Assembly (NCBI GenBank): GCA_043779265.1
Contig: JAYWEM010000162.1
Location: 1-16,898 of the forward strand
Length of the DNA: 16,898 nucleotides
Direction: 5' to 3'
From: a bacterium
GTDB lineage: Bacteria; Eisenbacteria; RBG-16-71-46
The notes beneath the pieces are model-generated. The model saw nothing but the letters and a program-made list of their open reading frames with translations. It searched no databases and had not been told where the DNA came from. Below, one piece after another: positions 15,215-16,898 of the stretch; position 1 is the stretch's first letter, and each line of letters starts with the position of its first letter. Made by a program: the position numbers and the translations under genes.

Positions 15215-16897
15215 CTACCTCGCGCCGCGCGAGATCAGCAGTACGCGCGCTTCGCTCACCATGCCGCGGGCCATCAGGTCGCTGGCGCCGTTCTCGGCGG
15301 CCGACTCGCTCGCCCAGTTGCCGAGCACGAGCCGGTACATGGTCACGCCGGCATCGCGGTAGGGCACGATGCGTACGGGCATCTTGGTGGCATCCGCCAC
15401 TCGTGCACGTTCCTCGCCGGCTCTCGCCTCATCCAGGTAGGCGCCGATCGCGACGCCGTACACGCGTGACGAGTCGCGCCTCACTGCGGTGGACCTCGGC
15501 GTCGTCGCGGCCGCTCGGGTGATGGGCTGCGGCAGCGCGAGAACGGGCGCCTCGACGCGGGTCGTATCGGGCGCCGGGGCTGATGTCACCGAGTCCACCA
15601 CAGCTGCGGGCGGCACGGGCGTGGGCTCGACGGTTGCGGCCTGGCCACCCGCGATGCCGCGCAGCACGGGTAGGTCGACGACTCCGAAGCGCTGCATGAG
15701 CACGGCACCGATCGCGAGTGCGGCAACGACGGCGGCGGTCATGAGCCAAGGTGCCACACCGGGCTTCTCGGCGGCCTCTTGCGCGAGTTCGGCCTCGATG
15801 CGTTCGCGCAGGCGAGGCGGGAGGTGGCTCAGATCGGCGCGCGTGGGATCGGCGGTCGCCGAGCGAGCAGCGAGCTCAGCGGGGCTCGGGAAGCGAGGCT
15901 CCTCGGGCGGCGGAAGTGCGGCCATCGCAGGGGCGCCTCCCTGCCAGCGCTTGGCCTCGTAGAGATCCTTGACGGCGGCGCTCCAGGCATCACGCTCGGA
16001 CGGATCGACGGGGTCGACGGCTGGCGGAGGGCTGCCGGTGAGTGCGGGCGGCTGCCACGAGGGCGCAGGCCGGACGAGCGGCGGCGGTGACCACATGTCC
16101 GACGGCGCGGTCCCGGGCTCGACGGCAGGCGGCGGCCACGCGGGCGGCGGCGTTGCGGGCTGGGCGGGCGGCTGCCAAGCCGAGGGCGGCAGCGCGGCCG
16201 GCTCGGGCGGCGGCGCAGGCGGCGACGACGCCGATGCGGGCGGCGTCACGGCGGCGAGTGGAGTCGTGGGAGCCGTGGGCGTCGCACCGAGCGTGTCCGG
16301 TGTGTCGGCATGTCCCGGCAACACGCTGCGGAACTCCGTCTCGCGTGCGACCTGCTGGATATGCACCCCGGTCACCGTCTGCGCGCCCTCGGCGAAGGCG
16401 GCGATCAGGGCGGCCGATGCGACCGTGTTGATCTCGCGCGGGATGCCGTGCGTGAGGCGGTAGATCTCGCGGCAGGTATCGGGCGGGAACAAGCGCCAGG
16501 CATTGCCGCCTGCCACCGAGACGCGGTGATGCACGTAGCCCGCGGTTTCCTCGGGCGACAGCGGGTTCAGCCGGTAGTGCACCGTGATGCGCTGACGCAA
16601 CTGACGCAGCTCGGGCCGTGACAGCTTCTGCTCCAACTCGGGCTGACCGACGAGGAAGATCTGCAGCAGCTTCTCGCCCTGCGACTCGACGTTCGAGAGC
16701 AGCCGGATCTCCTCCAGGAGGTCGGTCGCCAGATTCTGCGCCTCGTCGAGCACGAGCACGGAGTATTCACCGCGCGCGCGAACCGCGAGCAGGTGGCGTT
16801 CGAGTTGCACGAGCGCCTGCGGCTTGCTGCTGCCGGGAGGCAGCGGCAGCCCGAATCGCAGCGCGATCTCCTCGATCAGTTCCTGACGCGTCAGCGC
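15215..16897 (-). CDS. ExeA/GspA-family AAA ATPase with Pro-rich linker, TM helix and C-terminal SPOR-like domain (5'-partial; runs off the window)
   Basis: The frame stays open to the window edge (ALTRQELIEEIALRFGLPLPPGSSKPQALV...). Walker B VLVLDEAQNL, LEEIRLLSN, LVGQPEL, RQLRQRI, GIPREIN; TM WLMTAAVVAALAIGAVL; SPOR-like YGVAIGAY...MYRLVLGNWASESAA. Confidence 0.9.
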   Translation of the reverse strand, partial: ALTRQELIEEIALRFGLPLPPGSSKPQALVQLERHLLAVRARGEYSVLVLDEAQNLATDLLEEIRLLSNVESQGEKLLQIFLVGQPELEQKLSRPELRQLRQRITVHYRLNPLSPEETAGYVHHRVSVAGGNAWRLFPPDTCREIYRLTHGIPREINTVASAALIAAFAEGAQTVTGVHIQQVARETEFRSVLPGHADTPDTLGATPTAPTTPLAAVTPPASASSPPAPPPEPAALPPSAWQPPAQPATPPPAWPPPAVEPGTAPSDMWSPPPLVRPAPSWQPPALTGSPPPAVDPVDPSERDAWSAAVKDLYEAKRWQGGAPAMAALPPPEEPRFPSPAELAARSATADPTRADLSHLPPRLRERIEAELAQEAAEKPGVAPWLMTAAVVAALAIGAVLMQRFGVVDLPVLRGIAGGQAATVEPTPVPPAAVVDSVTSAPAPDTTRVEAPVLALPQPITRAAATTPRSTAVRRDSSRVYGVAIGAYLDEARAGEERARVADATKMPVRIVPYRDAGVTMYRLVLGNWASESAAENGASDLMARGMVSEARVLLISRGAR

Positions 16898-16898
16898 G

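Overview
High-GC bacterial window organised around a tRNA-Glu(UUC) integration hotspot. The two giant secreted proteins end in T9SS/FlgD-like domains, which suggests an FCB-group lineage such as Ca. Eisenbacteria (inference only). Left to right: (1) mobile debris downstream of the tRNA, comprising the right end of an IS30-family element nested in a frameshifted IS3-family transposase, which abuts the C-terminal remnant of an AbiEii-like nucleotidyltransferase toxin gene; (2) an intact tRNA-Glu (658-733, minus) with a sigma70-like promoter; (3) a ~1528-aa secreted M43 zinc metalloprotease with PKD, beta-propeller, LamG and sorting domains; (4) a 23-bp copy of the tRNA 3' end (5706-5728) flanked by integrase arm-like repeats; (5) a low-GC HEPN-like gene; (6) a class I SAM methyltransferase; (7) a 2313-aa secreted protein with an Asp-box (VPS10/BNR-like) propeller region and three [7x FG-GAP + Fn3-like] modules; (8) a decayed second copy of the tRNA-Glu gene and its promoter (15068-15176); (9) the 3' part of an ExeA/GspA-family AAA ATPase with a TM helix and SPOR domain. 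The most notable structure is three same-strand pieces of one tRNA gene (intact, 3' fragment, decayed 5' part with a rewritten anticodon loop). The latter two appear to bracket a ~9.3-kb island with no integrase.
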